A stretch of 61,047 nt of DNA, the filler included. It is 9 parts of 9 records of this genome, joined end to end, with 100 filler letters (N's around TTAATTAATTAA, not from the genome) between each part and the next. Parts side by side here need not be neighbours in the genome. Positions count along the whole stretch, not along the records: positions 1 to 6,948 come from SRR31156797_56200; positions 7,049 to 14,902 come from SRR31156797_56224; 7 more parts are not named here. One strand, written 5' to 3'. Position 1 is the stretch's first letter; every line of letters begins with the position of its first letter. The notes beneath the pieces are model-generated. The model was not told where the DNA came from. It did no database searches and saw nothing but the letters and a program-made list of their open reading frames with translations. Positions 1-10,653 of the stretch are shown here, in pieces. The translations under genes were made by a program, and so were the position numbers.

Positions 1-855
1 CTTGATATCCTTCTTCTCATCATCGGATAAAGTCCCGAAGGGTCTCCGGCAGGAACCTATCGGTACCCCCAGAAGCTCCATACAGAATTTTGCAGCGGGA
101 AACACATTTATATTAACCAGAGTTTCAATAAACTGGTTCAGCTTGCTCTGAAGTTTTTGGGCCTCCGTGATATCTTCCTTATGGAATGCAGTTTGTATCG
201 CTTTCAATAAGCGAGGGCAGATATTGACTGTAGTCCCTATCGTTGCCGTAGCCCCTGCGGAGAGACTGTAGAGCCAAATCTCATCGAATCCATTGAAAAT
301 GGTCTTCTTTGAGAACTCCTGACGCATCCTTTCCAGTTCATAGAGATTCATGGATGTGTGCTTAATTCCGATCACCTTTTCATTCATCAGCGTACTGTTC
401 TCTTTGGAAAAAGAGATCCCTGTAAACTGTGGGATATTATACACGATAACGCCGAGATCTATTGCATCCACCACATCCTGATAGTACTGGGTTATCTCCT
501 CCTGATTATAGTTATAATAAATCGGCGGAATGAGAGATACAGCAGAAGCACCCTTATTCTGTGCATGTTTTGATAGGGCGATTGCTTCCTTCGTTTTTAA
601 TGATCCTGTATGGACGATGAATGGTATCTCTCCATTGGTTTCTTCGGCCACAACCTCAACAATTTTCATTCGCTCCGACTGATCAAGGAGGAGTCCCTCC
701 CCTGATGAGCCGCAACAGTAAATACCCTCTATCCCATGTTCAAACTCATATCGAATAAGGGATCTCAAGCTTTTAACATCCAGCTCTCCGGAATCGGTGG
801 CCGGAGTAAAGAGGGCAGAGTAAATACCGTTTTTATTTAACGGTTTGTTTACCAT
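1..855 (-). CDS. DHDPS/N-acetylneuraminate lyase family class I aldolase (3' end runs off window)
   Basis: Not in the ORF track. Manual translation gives MVNKPLNKNGIYSALFTP...GIYCCGSSGEG...PPIYY...YNIPQFTG...VIGIKHTS (Schiff-base Lys). The ATG overlaps the SDR stop codon. Confidence 0.9.
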   Translation of the reverse strand, partial: MVNKPLNKNGIYSALFTPATDSGELDVKSLRSLIRYEFEHGIEGIYCCGSSGEGLLLDQSERMKIVEVVAEETNGEIPFIVHTGSLKTKEAIALSKHAQNKGASAVSLIPPIYYNYNQEEITQYYQDVVDAIDLGVIVYNIPQFTGISFSKENSTLMNEKVIGIKHTSMNLYELERMRQEFSKKTIFNGFDEIWLYSLSAGATATIGTTVNICPRLLKAIQTAFHKEDITEAQKLQSKLNQFIETLVNINVFPAAKFCMELLGVPIGSCRRPFGTLSDDEKKDIK

Positions 856-1679
856 GCAGTCCATCCTCCGTCCATGATCAGGTTGGAGCCTGTCATGTAC
901 TTGGAGGCATCGGATGCCAGGAATATGATCGCTCCATTGTATTCATCAGCCTGAGCCATTCTTCCCATGGGCATTCTGTTGCAGTAGTTGGTCTGGAATT
1001 CTTTATCCTGGGTTTCTCTCCAGACTCCGGAGGGGGTAAAGGTATTCACTCTGATTCCTTTTCTGCCCCAGTAGGTTGCACAGTATCTGGTCAGGTTGTA
1101 CATTCCGGATTTTGCAGCACTGTAGGCTACGGGCTTGATAAAGGGGATGCCGGTCTTCTCAGCCTTGTAGGCATAGATATCCTGAATGGGGCTTACCATA
1201 CCGTAGATAGAACCTATATTGATGATGGATCCCTCTTTCTCGGCCTTTATCATACGACTACCCACAGCCTGGGTCATCAGAAACGTTCCTGTCAGGTTTG
1301 TATCAACCACCTCTCTGAATACTTCTTCGGGAAAGTTTTCAAAGGGGCCGGATACTTCGGGGGGAGCGCTGGGCTGGGTGTCGATACCGGCATTGTTGAT
1401 AAGTACGTCAGGAGTCCCCCAGTGATTCTCTATCTGATCCAGCACGTCGTTGATATTCTCTTTATTGGTGATATCCGCAGCATATAAAGCGATGGTGCTG
1501 CAATCGGCAACTTCCTTTCCAAGGACAGCTTCCGCCTTGTCTTTATTGGCGGAGCGGGAAAGAACGGCTACTTTCGATCCCCTGGCATGGAACTCTTTTA
1601 CAAACTCCGCACCGATCTGTCCGAGCCCTCCCGTTATTACTACGATTTTATCCGTTACGTCAAAAAGTCTATCCTTCAT
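849..1679 (-). CDS. SDR family NAD(P)-dependent oxidoreductase
   Basis: TGGLGQIG, NNAG, YSAAK catalytic motif, C-terminal MDGGWTAW. Confidence 0.92.
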   Translation of the reverse strand: MKDRLFDVTDKIVVITGGLGQIGAEFVKEFHARGSKVAVLSRSANKDKAEAVLGKEVADCSTIALYAADITNKENINDVLDQIENHWGTPDVLINNAGIDTQPSAPPEVSGPFENFPEEVFREVVDTNLTGTFLMTQAVGSRMIKAEKEGSIINIGSIYGMVSPIQDIYAYKAEKTGIPFIKPVAYSAAKSGMYNLTRYCATYWGRKGIRVNTFTPSGVWRETQDKEFQTNYCNRMPMGRMAQADEYNGAIIFLASDASKYMTGSNLIMDGGWTAW

Positions 1680-1693
1680 AATCCTTGTTCTCC

Positions 1694-2809
1694 TTAAAGT
1701 TTAACTGTTCCATAATGATTCAGATTCGTGTAATTCAGTTCGAGTCCCAGTCCGGGTTTGTCAGGGATGTTCATCATGCCGTTTACGGGCTGGGGTGCAT
1801 CGATGAAGGTGTTTTCTATCAGCTCATTGAACATGAACAGGCTTTCAAGGAATGCGCCGTTTGAGTGGGCTGAAAGCAGATGCATATGAATGACGTCGAA
1901 ACCGTGGGGGGCATAGGCAGTATTGTAGGCCTGAGCGAAGGATACGATCTTTCGTCCTTCGGTAAATCCGCCGCAGCGCGTGATGTCGCACTGAAGATAG
2001 TCCACGCAGTTGTTGACGATCAAATCTCGGGCCCCATAGCGGGTGTACTCATGCTCACCTGAACCGCAGGGGAGGATTCCAGCCTGTCTGAATCTTGTCA
2101 GACCGGGGGTGTCGTCCGCATACACAGGCTCTTCGAAGAAGGTGATATTGCAGTCTCTCAGCTTGTAGGCCAGTCTCAGGGCAACCGCTGAAGTAAAGGC
2201 GTTGTTCGCATCGATCATGATTCCGATGTCGGGCCCTACGGCATCGCTGACTGCCTGTATCCTTCTGGCATCTTCGTTGGGATTGGTACCGCCGTCGACA
2301 CCGATCTTAATTTTTACATACTTATATCCGGCCTCAATCATCTGTTTGACCTCGTCCACAAGCTGCTGTGTCGAATAGGAGGTCCATCCGCCGCTGGCGT
2401 AGCAGGGAATCTGTGTACGCTTTCCTCCCAGAAGTTTGTAGAGAGGAAGGTCGAGCATCTTTCCCTTCAGGTCCCAAAGGGCGATGTCCAGGGCACTGTA
2501 GGCACAGAAGGCAAGCCCTTTTCGACCCACTCCTCTCATATAGGCGAATACCTCATCGTAGAGGGCTTCGGTTTCAAGAGGCGAGCGTCCCAGAAGTTTC
2601 GGGCCGATGGAACTCTTGATAAACTCACAGATAGCCTCTCCTCCAACCTCATGATAGGTAACGCCGATACCATGTCTTCCGTCATCCGTTTCCATGTCCA
2701 CGACGACGTACCCGATGGTTTCCACTTTTCTCGTTGAGTCAGAGAAGTCTCCCTTTGCTTTTGTTTCGATCAGATAGGAATCGATCTTTGTAATTATTGA
2801 ACTGTGCAT
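1694..2809 (-). CDS. Mandelate racemase/muconate lactonizing enzyme family, probable sugar-acid dehydratase
   Basis: SALDIALWDLKGK, YASGG, KIKIG (KxK), DAN, EEP, GEHE, PH motifs. Confidence 0.9.
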   Translation of the reverse strand: MHSSIITKIDSYLIETKAKGDFSDSTRKVETIGYVVVDMETDDGRHGIGVTYHEVGGEAICEFIKSSIGPKLLGRSPLETEALYDEVFAYMRGVGRKGLAFCAYSALDIALWDLKGKMLDLPLYKLLGGKRTQIPCYASGGWTSYSTQQLVDEVKQMIEAGYKYVKIKIGVDGGTNPNEDARRIQAVSDAVGPDIGIMIDANNAFTSAVALRLAYKLRDCNITFFEEPVYADDTPGLTRFRQAGILPCGSGEHEYTRYGARDLIVNNCVDYLQCDITRCGGFTEGRKIVSFAQAYNTAYAPHGFDVIHMHLLSAHSNGAFLESLFMFNELIENTFIDAPQPVNGMMNIPDKPGLGLELNYTNLNHYGTVKL

Positions 2810-2848
2810 TTTAACCTCTTATTTAATACATCTCATTGAGATATTGAT

Positions 2849-3682
2849 TTACCCTTTCACTGCTCCGGCGGTCAGGCCGGCAACCAGCCTTTTCTGTGCA
2901 AAGAAGAACATGATGCATACGGGGATGATTGTGACAATCCCTCCTGCAGTAAGGAGATCCCATTGAACACCCAGCTGGCCGATCAGGTTTTTCAGGGCAA
3001 TGGGAATGGTTCTGGTCTTCACATTTGTGAACATCATAGCGAATGTGTACTCATTCCATGATGTCATGAAGATGTAGATTCCGGTTGCAACCAGACAGGG
3101 GGTCAGCACCGGAAGGATAATCCGAATAAAAGCACTGCCTCTGTTGCAACCGTCTATCATGGCCGCTTCTTCAAGGGATATGGGCAGGTCGTTAATGAAT
3201 CCGTTAAGCAGCCATACGGAAAATGGAATCGTAAAGGTTGTGTATGAGAGTACGAGGGATGAATGGCTGTAGAGCAATCCCATCCTTCGCATAATCGCGT
3301 AAAGAGGAATCAGCAGCAGCACGGTTGGAAACATGTTATTGCTCAGAAACAGGAACATCAATGCCTTGCGGCCATGGAACCTGTACCTTGAAAAGGCATA
3401 TGAGGCCAGAGTGGATACAGACAGAGACACTATTGAAGTGGTTAATGCCACAACTAAGCTGTTCTTCATTGCCGCCAGAAAGTTTACTGTTGTCGTAAAC
3501 AGTTTCGCATAGGACGCGAAAGTGATGATCTGTGGCCAGTAGGTGACGGCTCCGTATAGCTCGTTCTCTGTCTTCAATGAAGTGACAAGAGTCCAATAGA
3601 ATGGGAACAGGAGAAAAATAAGAATTATCAACAGTGGTAATCCCAATGTTAAGGCTTTTTTTATATATGTTTGACTTTTCAT
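2849..3682 (-). CDS. Carbohydrate ABC transporter permease (MalG-like)
   Basis: EAA loop LEEAAMIDGC, multiple TM helices, C-terminal GLTAGAVKG. Confidence 0.93.
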   Translation of the reverse strand: MKSQTYIKKALTLGLPLLIILIFLLFPFYWTLVTSLKTENELYGAVTYWPQIITFASYAKLFTTTVNFLAAMKNSLVVALTTSIVSLSVSTLASYAFSRYRFHGRKALMFLFLSNNMFPTVLLLIPLYAIMRRMGLLYSHSSLVLSYTTFTIPFSVWLLNGFINDLPISLEEAAMIDGCNRGSAFIRIILPVLTPCLVATGIYIFMTSWNEYTFAMMFTNVKTRTIPIALKNLIGQLGVQWDLLTAGGIVTIIPVCIMFFFAQKRLVAGLTAGAVKG

Positions 3683-4554
3683 TTTGTATCCCTGAATGTG
3701 GCGCTTAGATATGGTATGGCAACTAATGAAAGCAGAATCGCCATAATTATTGCCATGCTGGATGAATAGCCAAGGTTAAGGGAGTTACCCTTGTTATAGA
3801 TATATACGCTGAGGGTCTGGGTTGAATACGCAGGCCCGCCTTCGGTCATGTTGAAGATAACGTCCACTGAGTTCGCTACCCAGATGATCCTGAGCAAAAG
3901 GGTTATATAGAGTGTGTTCTTGATGGACGGTATGGTTACGAAAAGGAGTTTCTGAATAGGATTGACTCCGTCCATATCAGCGGCTTCGTAGAGTTCTTCA
4001 GGTACGACCTGCAGAGCAGCCAGCAGCATCAAAGCAAAGAAGGGAATTCCCTGCCATATAATTGTGACGATGACCGATGGAAGAGAAGTTGTTGTTTGAG
4101 AGAGAAAGGGAATGCTGTTTTGAATAATGTTCCATTTGAGTAAGAGGTCGTTTAGGACACCGAAGTTTCCGTCGTATATCCACCTCCACATGAGTCCTAT
4201 AAGGACTCCGGGAGTAACCCAGGGAACCATGCTCACGGCTCTTAATACCCCCCGTCCAAAGAACTTTCTATTCAGAAGTATGGCAAGGATGAATCCGAAG
4301 ACAAACTGAAAACCGACACCGAAAAATACCCAGAGGAAGGTTCTCCAGAGAGCTCCCCAGAAAAGGGGATCTTTCAGCATAAATACATAGTTTGCCAGGC
4401 CGATGAAACTTATTTCTTTCGGACGTCTCAGGTCATAGCTTTGGAAACTCATCAATATTGCGTTAACGATCGGTACGAATACAACACCGATTATGATTAG
4501 TACGGCAGGTGTGACGAGTATGTAAGGCCATATGTTTTGTTTTGCTTTATTCAC
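3679..4554 (-). CDS. Carbohydrate ABC transporter permease (MalF-like)
   Basis: FIGLANY, LYEAADMDG EAA loop, TEGGP. Confidence 0.93.
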   Translation of the reverse strand: MNKAKQNIWPYILVTPAVLIIIGVVFVPIVNAILMSFQSYDLRRPKEISFIGLANYVFMLKDPLFWGALWRTFLWVFFGVGFQFVFGFILAILLNRKFFGRGVLRAVSMVPWVTPGVLIGLMWRWIYDGNFGVLNDLLLKWNIIQNSIPFLSQTTTSLPSVIVTIIWQGIPFFALMLLAALQVVPEELYEAADMDGVNPIQKLLFVTIPSIKNTLYITLLLRIIWVANSVDVIFNMTEGGPAYSTQTLSVYIYNKGNSLNLGYSSSMAIIMAILLSLVAIPYLSATFRDTK

Positions 4555-4579
4555 ATACTACTCCATAAGAGTTTTTAAA

Positions 4580-4606
4580 GGAGGAGCAGAAACAGGCTGC
4601 TCCTCC
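4580..4606 (-). terminator. Stem-loop after the SBP gene (partial terminator or mRNA stabiliser)
   Basis: Perfect 10-bp inverted repeat GGAGGAGCAG / CTGCTCCTCC. Confidence 0.6.
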
Positions 4607-4628
4607 GTATTGCCGGGTGAGTTATTGA

Positions 4629-5876
4629 TTATCTGTAAAGCGCACCCTGCAGCGTATCCATACATTCTTCTGCGGAAATCTTGCCGGTCAGTGCCTGGGC
4701 AACGGTGTTGGGCCAGATCACGGATATCCATTCGGTCGTCGTATCCAGAATGGGTAAGATACCGGCATAACCCTGGCTGTCGATCGAGGCCTTCATGAAG
4801 CGGTTATCCTGGAAGAAGTCGGAAGCGGCGACTGTCTTGCTGACGGGTACGTTCCCGGTGCCTTCACACCACATTTTCTGTCCCTCTCCTGCCGCAAGAT
4901 AAGAGATCCACTCAAAGGCAGCTTCCTTATTTTCACAGGATTCGAAGATTACAGTTTCAGTATCACCCATAGAAGTCCACTGTCCTTTACCGGAGGGAAA
5001 GGGGAAAGCGGAAACATCATCACCCAGGGCATCGGTCATTCTGGAAGAAGAACCGGTATGGTGGATTGTCATAGCGGTTTTTCCGGACTGGAAATTAGAG
5101 ATGATCTCGCTGAATCCGTCGTTAGTAGCCGTGGGGGGAACAAAACCCTTTTTATAGATGTTGATGAAGTCTTGCATACCCTTAACGGCATCACTGCTGT
5201 TAAGCTTGTCAAAGCTTCCTCCCCGTCCGTAAACGAAGCTTCCCCAGGGTTCCTGGCCTCCTTTCGCGCCCCTCATTCCGTAACCGTAGATATCTGTTTT
5301 TCCATCGTTGTCAGTATCCAGAGTACATTTCTCAATGGCTTTAAGGAAATCATCGTATGTGCTGGGAACATCAACCTCAGCAGCCTTAAAGATGGAAGGA
5401 CGGTAGTATACGTATAGCACCTGAATATTCCAGGGCATTACGTAGATGTTGTCAGAGTTCCCGGCCTTCTTCATGATTGAATAGATATTGCTGTCAATAT
5501 CATCTTTCTTTGACCAGTCTTGAATGTAGGGAGTCAGATCAGCAAGAAGATCATTGTTGACGAACAGGGGGGTGGATGTCAGTTTCCATGTCGCGCAGTC
5601 GATGGAGCCTCCACCCATCATGGTATTGAACAGGTTCTCAGAATATGCTCCTCCGTCCCAGGGAACTTCTTCTCCAATGACTATAATCCCTTTTGAATTT
5701 TCTGCATTGAACTTTGCGATGATGTCCTGCATGAGCTGAGAATAATCAGTGTTATCAGCCCAGTAGCGGAAAGTAATCATTGTAGAGTCGGGCTTTTCCT
5801 CAGCTTGACCATTCGAGAACGCAAGAGTGGAAAACGATATCAGTAGAACCGATACAATAATAGATATTTTTTTCAT
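4629..5876 (-). CDS. Sugar ABC transporter substrate-binding protein (CUT1)
   Basis: Signal peptide with spirochaete-style 'FSNGQAE' N-terminus; SBP_bac_1-like motifs (LLADLTPY, FQSGKTAM). Confidence 0.9.
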   Translation of the reverse strand: MKKISIIVSVLLISFSTLAFSNGQAEEKPDSTMITFRYWADNTDYSQLMQDIIAKFNAENSKGIIVIGEEVPWDGGAYSENLFNTMMGGGSIDCATWKLTSTPLFVNNDLLADLTPYIQDWSKKDDIDSNIYSIMKKAGNSDNIYVMPWNIQVLYVYYRPSIFKAAEVDVPSTYDDFLKAIEKCTLDTDNDGKTDIYGYGMRGAKGGQEPWGSFVYGRGGSFDKLNSSDAVKGMQDFINIYKKGFVPPTATNDGFSEIISNFQSGKTAMTIHHTGSSSRMTDALGDDVSAFPFPSGKGQWTSMGDTETVIFESCENKEAAFEWISYLAAGEGQKMWCEGTGNVPVSKTVAASDFFQDNRFMKASIDSQGYAGILPILDTTTEWISVIWPNTVAQALTGKISAEECMDTLQGALYR

Positions 5877-5903
5877 GTGACCTCCATATTGAATGACAAC
5901 AGA

Positions 5904-5914
5904 CTGTCAGACAA
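5904..5914. promoter_or_regulatory. Putative GntR/FadR operator upstream of the SBP operon
   Basis: CTGTCAGACAA, near-copy of the palindrome TTGTCGGACAA at 6144-6154. Confidence 0.55.
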
Positions 5915-6109
5915 TTTTTTTTGTTCATATTAGCATATAAGCACATGCTGTCAAGAGAAAAATATGAGATCGAGGATGGAAAGAAGAAGAGTATATGATT
6001 TCATATTTCTTTAATTTGATTGTTGGTAAATAAATAAAAGTATGTCATTCAATCCCCCAAGGCTGTTGAAATAATTGTCCGATGTCGAAAACCTATTTAA
6101 ATTCTTGAA

Positions 6110-6154
6110 TTGACAACAGGCATGTTGAATGATATATTGTCTATTGTCGGACAA
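6110..6154 (+). promoter_or_regulatory. Sigma70 promoter plus autoregulatory operator of the FadR gene
   Basis: TTGACA (6110), 17-bp spacer, TATATT (6133) with TG extension, then palindrome TTGTC-G-GACAA (6144-6154). Confidence 0.6.
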
Positions 6155-6159
6155 AAATT

Positions 6160-6873
6160 ATGAGAACAATAAAAAGAGTATCAGTAACAAAGCAGGTTGC
6201 AGAATCGATTAAAGAGTCGATTATAGATGGCAAATTTTCAGTTGGTGAGAAGCTTCCGGCAGAGGTAAAACTCTGCGAGCTTCTGAATGTAAGTCGTTCT
6301 TCAGTCAGAGAAGCAATGCAGGCATTGCAAGTGGAAGGGTACGTGGAATTAATTCCAGGTCGGGGGGCGTTTGTTAAAGATAATCAGTCTCATGACTATG
6401 ATGCAGTGAAAAATTGGTTTATTGAGTCAGCTCCCACTCTGGAAGATTATACTGAAGTTAGAGAGGCAATCGAGCCTTTGGCCATTCGTATGGCAATTAA
6501 ACGGGGAACAGAGGAAGAACTGGTTGAACTTTTGAAGATTCATCATAGCTTTATTGAAGCCGCTGTTGAAAAAAATGTCTCATTATTGGCCAGTCTGGAT
6601 GAAGAGTTTCATACCCAGATCGTAAAAATGGCCCATAATTCCCTTCTCTCTAAAATCAATACACTGCTGGCCACAGATCTGAAGAAGTATCGTGTCTTAT
6701 CAATCTCTGTGAAAGAAAAATCGGATAATACGATCAAAGAGCATGAGCTTATCTGTGAGAGTATAAAGATGCGGGATGAAGGGCTGGCGACGTCTGCGAT
6801 GTTGAGGCACCTCGGAATGACCATGTCTGATATGAATAAGGTTGTACGCGGCACCGAAGACGAGAAGAGATAG
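6160..6873 (+). CDS. GntR/FadR family transcriptional regulator
   Basis: wHTH GEKLPAEVKLCELLNVSRSSVREA plus FCD domain (DEEFH, HN). Confidence 0.93.
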   Translation: MRTIKRVSVTKQVAESIKESIIDGKFSVGEKLPAEVKLCELLNVSRSSVREAMQALQVEGYVELIPGRGAFVKDNQSHDYDAVKNWFIESAPTLEDYTEVREAIEPLAIRMAIKRGTEEELVELLKIHHSFIEAAVEKNVSLLASLDEEFHTQIVKMAHNSLLSKINTLLATDLKKYRVLSISVKEKSDNTIKEHELICESIKMRDEGLATSAMLRHLGMTMSDMNKVVRGTEDEKR

Positions 6874-6876
6874 ATT

Positions 6877-6948
6877 ATGAACATTAAGAGAATCGATCAT
6901 GTGACTATTATCGTAAAAGATCTGGATAGAACACTTCAGTTTTATGGA
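6877..6948 (+). CDS. VOC/glyoxalase family protein (N-terminal fragment, truncated by contig end)
   Basis: MNIKRIDHVTIIVKDLDRTLQFYG is a typical VOC N-terminus. Confidence 0.75.
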
Positions 6949-7048
6949 NNNNNNNNNNNNNNNNNNNNNNNNNNNNNNNNNNNNNNNNNNNNTTAATTAA
7001 TTAANNNNNNNNNNNNNNNNNNNNNNNNNNNNNNNNNNNNNNNNNNNN
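6949..7048. other. Artificial contig linker
   Basis: N-run with central TTAATTAATTAA (stops in all six frames); GC content shifts across it. Confidence 0.98.
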
Positions 7049-8592
7049 TCAACGTCGTGGATCAGGTTGTGGCGCAGCACCGTGCCGGGGGCGAGGCCCA
7101 ACGTATAGATCGCGCCCATGTCTGAGAGCAAACCCTGGCCGATGTGATGAATGTGATTGAACTCGATCACATTGTCCCGGCTGATGCTGCGCTGATAGCC
7201 CCAGTTCCAGCCAATCGAGACCCCGGTATACCAGCCGTGATGGATGTCGTTGTGGGCAACGTGATTGCCGTTGGTGTGCATCAGCAGCACGCCGACAGCG
7301 GACGGGTACTCCTCGCCATAGTGGTGCAGCACGTTATCACTGATCACGTTGTAGCCCGTTCGCTCCAGTGGGTGGGTCTTTTCGGTTCCGCCATTGACGC
7401 GAAAGCCCCCGGCGCCGAGATAACTGATCTCGTTGTGCGTGAAGCGGTTATCCCGGCAGCCCTTGCCGATCTCGAACGCGAACGTACCCGTGCGTGTCAC
7501 CTGGCAGCGATCGAACCGACAGTGCCGAGCGCCGGTCAGCGTAATCGCAGCCGGGACACTGGCCGAGCCCTGCCGGTCGTTGGAATTGCCGGGCGGCAGT
7601 TGCCAGTTCGTATACCGGAACGAGATCCCCTCGAACCCGATATGCTCGACGTACTGCCGTTGGACGGCGTCGCCCCGAAAATGGAGGAAGGCCGGCGCCA
7701 CCGGCGCGACAACGTCGGCGTCGCGCAAATCGTCACCCAGTTTCGGCACGACATAGAGCACGCCCGTCTTGCGATTGAGATACCATTCGCCCGGCTCGTC
7801 GAGCCCTTCGAAGACGTTCTCGACGATATAGCGCGCGCCATTCTCGCTGAAATCGTCGGTGAACACCTTGCCCGCCTTGTGTTTGAAGGTCACGAGGTGC
7901 TTGTCGGTGTCGATCGACTGAATCGGCAGATGCGAGTCGGTCCAGAAATGGTAGACGACGACCTCCACGTCGTCGAGGTTGGTCCAGTCGGGATCGAGAT
8001 CGCCCGGCTTGAATTCGAACGATTGGCAATCCTTGTGATAGTGCGCGGTCTTGGGCGTCCCTTCCGGACAGCCGGCCACGCGCAGAAAGCCCTCGTTCGG
8101 AATGCGGGCCCGACGGTACCGACGGCCATTGACATACAGTTGCCGAAAGGTCCATTGTCCGGCCTTAACTGCTGGGATCTCAACACTCCAGACCCCGCCC
8201 GCGCCCCGCTTGAATCCGGAGATCCGCCGCCCTCCGCTGATGATGGGCTTCTCCTCCAGGTAGGCGCGATAGGTCACGGGGCAATCTGGTGTTCCTGAAT
8301 CGACCGGGTTTAGTCCCAAGGGCTCGGTGATTTCGTAGATCCCGCCGCGCAGATAGATCGTGACCGGCTGAGCGAGCTTGCCGCCTGTCTTGAGTTGCCG
8401 CACGGCGTCGCGAGCGCGTTCGAGCGTTGCGAACGGTTCCTCTATTCTCGTGCCTCGCGCCGCGTCACTACCGTCGGGCGCCACGTAGAACGTTGGCTCG
8501 GCGTGGACCATGACCGGCTCAAGGCCACCCAGCCCCATGGCCAGAGCACAAAACAGAAGGACGACAGAATGGCGTGCGGCGGTGTTCATCAA
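7049..8592 (-). CDS. Secreted right-handed parallel beta-helix protein (GH141-like glycoside hydrolase), 3' truncated
   Basis: Signal peptide; FYVAPDGSD, PFATLERARDAVR, RQLYVNG, LDEPGEWY, SDMGAIYTLG; PbH repeats. Confidence 0.8.
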
Positions 8593-8835
8593 AAGCTCTC
8601 CTTACCTACAACGTGATACGGCCTCGGACAACGCGTCTGCCCGAGCCCCCGTCACTACGTTCTATACCACACCAGACCCCAGCCGTCCACCTCTCGGCCG
8701 CACCCGTCCGAGCGATACGCCCATGCGCTTCATCTCAGCGGTTGACGGATACCGCACGAATGCGATAGGATGGCGCCGCCCTTGAGCAACCGTGAACGAG
8801 GCGCCGGTCAGACCGGCAGAATTCGCGAGGTGACG

Positions 8836-10575
8836 ATGGTATTTCTCGGATTGCACGTAGAGATCTGGATCGTGCTGGTGCTTTACCTGACCGGCATGCT
8901 GCTGATGGGCTGGTGGAGTAAGCGCGGGATCACCAATCAGGAGGGGTATCTGCTCGGCAATCGACAGTTCGGCGTGACCATGATGGTGATGCACGCCTTC
9001 GGGGCCGGCACCAACCCGGGCGACGTCGCCGGCGTGATGAGCAGGACCGTCTCCAGCGGCGCCTCGGGGATCTGGGTCTCGTGGATGTGGATGTTCGGGA
9101 CACCCTTCTATTGGCTGATCGCCCCGATCATCCGCCGCATGCGCTGCCTGACCCTGGCGGATTTCTTCCAGGAGCGCTTTGGCAAGCCCGCCAGCGCCCT
9201 GTACATCCTCGTCGCGTCGGCCGGCATGATCGTCTGCCTGGCCAGCGTGCTGTTGGCAACAGCCCGCACCGCACAGGGGCTTATGGGCAAAGCCACGACG
9301 CAGGTCGCGGTGGTTGAACAACCGGTCGATGACGGCGCGACAACCCCAACCGAAACCGCCCCGCTGACCGAGCGCGAAAGCGAGATGTGGTTCTTCGGCA
9401 TCTTGCTCGTCACCACGGCGGTCTTTCTCGTTTACAGCTACTGGGGCGGGATCGTCGCGGCCATTCGCACCGACATGATCCAGGGCTTGATGATCATTGC
9501 CCTGTCGGTGATCGCCATCCCGGCGGCGCTGAACCTGACCGAGGTCGGCGGCCTCTCGGGCATGCGCGCGACACTCACGGCCCAGACGGACAAGGGGAAC
9601 CTCCTGAGCCTGTTCGACCCCAGCATGTTCAACCCATGGACCGTGATTCTCCTCTGCATCAACGCCCCGCTCAGCGCCCTGGCTTTCCCGCACCTGATCC
9701 CGGTCTGCGGCGCCGGCCGCACCGAATGGGAAGGGCGCGTCGGCTTCGCCTATGGCAACATGCTCAAGCGCATCTGTACGATCGGCTGGTGCCTGCTCGG
9801 CCTGGCCTGGCTGACGTACCTGATCCAGACCGGCTCAGCCATCCACCCGGACGCCGCCTTTGGCGACTCGATTCGCCTGCTGCTCTCGCCCCTGCTCCAG
9901 GGCGTCATGCTCGCCTGCGTCCTGGCCACCGCCATGTCGTCGGGCGACGCGTTTCAAATCACGATCGCCGGACTCTTTTCCGAGAACATCTACCGCGTCT
10001 ACTTCAAACCGGACGCCGACGATAAACACATGGTCCATGTCACGCGACTCGCCGGAATCGTCGTGGTGTTCACGGCCCTGGCCATCGCCATCCTGGTGCG
10101 CGAAAGCGTGGTCAAGGCGATCCTGGATTACTTCAACATCCTCGCGCTGGTGGGCATCTCCACCGCCATGGGCATCCTCTGGCGACGCATGAACACGACC
10201 GGGATGTTCTGTAGCACGATCTCGGCGGTGGTGGTCTTCGTGCTGACCCGCTATATCGGTGACCTGTCCCGCGGGGTGACCATCGGCCTGCCGATCCTGG
10301 CGGGCGTCACAGGCGGCATCGTCGGCAGCTTGCTCAGCCGGCCCCCGAAACGCGAGACCATCGAACGATTCCTCACCAAGATCTACGTCCCTATCGGCCA
10401 GGAAGAGAAACTCGACCTGCCGCTCGACGAGGCGGTCCCCGTTTCGCAGCGCTGGATCACGGCCGGCGGGCTTTTCGTTCCCAAGCCCACCCGCCAAACG
10501 TGGCTGGGCTTCCTCGTCACCCTGGGCATCTGCGTGTTATGCGTGATCGTCATGGTCGCGCTGCTGAACCGGTAG
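8836..10575 (+). CDS. Sodium:solute symporter (SSS) family protein
   Basis: YLLGNRQFG, GGIVAAIRTDMIQG, LATAMSS, ~13 TM helices. Start placed at ATG 8836 after RBS GAGGTG (ORF is open from 8770). Confidence 0.88.
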   Translation: MVFLGLHVEIWIVLVLYLTGMLLMGWWSKRGITNQEGYLLGNRQFGVTMMVMHAFGAGTNPGDVAGVMSRTVSSGASGIWVSWMWMFGTPFYWLIAPIIRRMRCLTLADFFQERFGKPASALYILVASAGMIVCLASVLLATARTAQGLMGKATTQVAVVEQPVDDGATTPTETAPLTERESEMWFFGILLVTTAVFLVYSYWGGIVAAIRTDMIQGLMIIALSVIAIPAALNLTEVGGLSGMRATLTAQTDKGNLLSLFDPSMFNPWTVILLCINAPLSALAFPHLIPVCGAGRTEWEGRVGFAYGNMLKRICTIGWCLLGLAWLTYLIQTGSAIHPDAAFGDSIRLLLSPLLQGVMLACVLATAMSSGDAFQITIAGLFSENIYRVYFKPDADDKHMVHVTRLAGIVVVFTALAIAILVRESVVKAILDYFNILALVGISTAMGILWRRMNTTGMFCSTISAVVVFVLTRYIGDLSRGVTIGLPILAGVTGGIVGSLLSRPPKRETIERFLTKIYVPIGQEEKLDLPLDEAVPVSQRWITAGGLFVPKPTRQTWLGFLVTLGICVLCVIVMVALLNR

Positions 10576-10653
10576 GGGCGAATCATGATTCGCCCTTTCG
10601 TCGATCGTGAATTCTGTTGCGGGCAGAACCCGCTTGATGGGTTAAGGACGGTC

